Shown here: positions 62,387 through 64,000 of the stretch, piece after piece
How positions within the stretch are numbered: the stretch's first letter is position 1
Layout of the letters: each line of letters begins with the position of its first letter
DNA from: Candidatus Yanofskybacteria bacterium RIFCSPLOWO2_01_FULL_42_49
GTDB taxonomy: Bacteria > Patescibacteriota > Minisyncoccia > 2-02-FULL-40-12 > GWA2-44-9
NCBI GenBank assembly: GCA_001795615.1
Contig: MGKI01000004.1
Span: 22,324-86,323 of the forward strand
Reading direction: 5' to 3'
Length of the DNA: 64,000 nt
Notes under the pieces: model-generated
Databases searched by the model: none
The model's input: the letters and a program-made list of their open reading frames with translations, nothing else
Told to the model about the DNA's origin: nothing
Program-made: the position numbers and the translations under genes

Positions 62387-62872
62387 CTATGGGTACGGCT
62401 TAATTATCACCCTTCTCTGCGGTTCTGCTCCAATGCTTTCTGTTGCTATATCGGGGCAAGCCGCAAGTTCCATATGAACGATTCTTCTCTCGTATGCAGA
62501 CATAGGGAACAATGCTTCGGCTTTTTGAGTATTTCTAACTCTCGTTACGGCTTGCTTGGCAACATCAACAAGATAATCTGCCCGCGATTTTCTATAATCG
62601 TTTATATCAAGAACGATTGTTCCTTCTTTGCCGTCTTTTACAAGCATAGCCCTTAGGACATGTTCCAGCGCTTTAAGATTTTGGCCGTTTTTACCTATCA
62701 AAAATCTGGCGTCATTGGGCGTTTGGATTGAAACAACAACGGCGTTTTCTTTCCGATCGTCACTAGATTCTTCCTTCGCCTCAATCTGGCAGTCGATATT
62801 CATAAAACTGGCCATCTTCTTAACGGTAGCTTCTACTTCTTCTTTATTTAATTTTTTGTTCGTTTCGTTCAC
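62387..62872 (-). CDS. jag: Jag/EloR KH-R3H RNA-binding protein
   Basis: LIGKNGQNL.AL, PMSAYERRIVH. Confidence 0.9.
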   Translation of the reverse strand: MNETNKKLNKEEVEATVKKMASFMNIDCQIEAKEESSDDRKENAVVVSIQTPNDARFLIGKNGQNLKALEHVLRAMLVKDGKEGTIVLDINDYRKSRADYLVDVAKQAVTRVRNTQKAEALFPMSAYERRIVHMELAACPDIATESIGAEPQRRVIIKPYP

Positions 62873-63561
62873 TTTTTTCGTTTAATATATCCCTGTTCAA
62901 ACATCGAAAATACAGTCGTTGTCACCCAATACAAGATAAGACCAGCTGGCAGATTCCAACCAATAACTATAATCATAATTGGGAAAAAATACAACATTTG
63001 CTTGCTTAAAGCAGCCATTTCCTTGTTTCCACCGCCATCTGCTTGCAGCGCCATGCTCTGCTTTGATTGAATAAATTGAAGCCCGCCAGCAACCAAAGTT
63101 AAGAGGCGGCTTCTTGTTGTAATATCAAAAAGCCCCAGGAAATTATGGTGAACAATCTCCGGCGTAGAGACAAAACCATAGAGAAGATTCAAGCTTTCAG
63201 GGGTAATCCCCTTAATAAACACCTGATACAAAGCTATAAGTATCGGCAACTGTATCAATAGAGGCAGACATCCTGCCAAAGGATTAACATTATTTTCTTT
63301 GTAAAGTTTCATGATAGCGGCTGACTGCGCGGCTTTGTCATTCTTAAATTTTGCTTTCACTTCTTCAATCTTAGGAGACAGCTCTTTCATTGATTGTTGT
63401 GACTTGATGGTCTTCAACGACAAAGGAGAGAACAACGCTCTTATAAGCACTGTGAGAATAATAATTGTTAAACCTAAATCGCCACCGGGGATTACGCCTT
63501 GAAGATAGACCATAGCGTTAAACAGGGGACGATATAGAATTTCATTGTAGATAGAGAACAT
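62869..63561 (-). CDS. yidC: Membrane protein insertase YidC (short)
   Basis: NPLAGCLPLLIQLPIL, PAGL.LYW. Confidence 0.95.
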   Translation of the reverse strand: MFSIYNEILYRPLFNAMVYLQGVIPGGDLGLTIIILTVLIRALFSPLSLKTIKSQQSMKELSPKIEEVKAKFKNDKAAQSAAIMKLYKENNVNPLAGCLPLLIQLPILIALYQVFIKGITPESLNLLYGFVSTPEIVHHNFLGLFDITTRSRLLTLVAGGLQFIQSKQSMALQADGGGNKEMAALSKQMLYFFPIMIIVIGWNLPAGLILYWVTTTVFSMFEQGYIKRKK

Positions 63562-63592
63562 GGTTTAGAAATTAAAAATTGGAAATTAGAAA

Positions 63593-63823
63593 TTATGGCG
63601 CATCTATTCCTCCTTTTGAAAAAGGGCTACATCTCAAAATACGAATAAGTGACTTGACTGATCCTTTAACATAACCGTATTTACTTATAGACTCAATGGC
63701 GTAGTCAGAACAAGATGGATAAAATTTACAATCAGTATAAACAAAAAGGGGGATTCTCGTTTCCCGGAAAACAGCTGATAACTTTTTATACATAATTATT
63801 ATCTTTAATATAAGCTTGGTCAT
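63593..63823 (-). CDS. yidD: Membrane protein insertion efficiency factor
   Basis: [20 protein letters not shown]. Confidence 0.93.
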   Translation of the reverse strand: MTKLILKIIIMYKKLSAVFRETRIPLFVYTDCKFYPSCSDYAIESISKYGYVKGSVKSLIRILRCSPFSKGGIDAP

Positions 63824-64000
63824 TTTTTAATAGCTTCGATTCTCGCCATTGTTTCTATCAACTCTTGCGCTAAAAATACAAACCGGCTTTTGTCTATTTT
63901 TTTAAATACCGAGATCACCACATCATATCCACGATTTAATAGGCGCTGATTTTTTATTATTTCCTCTGAAAATATCCTCTTTACCCGATTCCTCTCTGTG
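63820..64000 (-). CDS. rnpA: RNase P protein, C-terminal part
   Basis: Manual translation TERNRVKR...GYDVVI; conserved position upstream of yidD. Confidence 0.85.
   Translation of the reverse strand, partial: TERNRVKRIFSEEIIKNQRLLNRGYDVVISVFKKIDKSRFVFLAQELIETMARIEAIKK

Overview
Chromosomal window from a small-genome bacterium, most likely Patescibacteria/CPR (Parcubacteria-like). This is inferred from the N-terminally shortened IF-2, the rpsO-NYN-pnp order and the chromosomal PrgI/VirB4/VirB6-like and type IV pilus clusters. It uses genetic code 11 (TGA stops in ATGA overlaps). Housekeeping genes: mutM (partial), tlyA-like, polA, purM-like, tsaE, yraN, yifB/comM, dksA-like, pnp, rpsO, xer, infB, ligA, gatCA, cca, dut, pcrA/uvrD with an intein, rsmA and jag-yidC-yidD-rnpA (partial). 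It also holds seven tRNAs, a comF plus pilMNO/B/T/C/pilin/pilD locus, a T4SS-like cluster, a hicBA pair and a small recombinase-remnant islet at tRNA-Leu. The most unusual content is non-coding: (1) a multi-copy, modular structured RNA/ssDNA element (7.4, 10.7 and 62.2 kb, possibly 17.8 kb) with compensatory base changes between copies; (2) 7-9-nt tandem repeats, often as inverted arm pairs, at many gene junctions and inside ORFs; (3) several families of mini-palindromes inserted in frame in core proteins; (4) a GGTGACA array and a DnaA-box palindrome. All calls come from manual reading; no searches were run.
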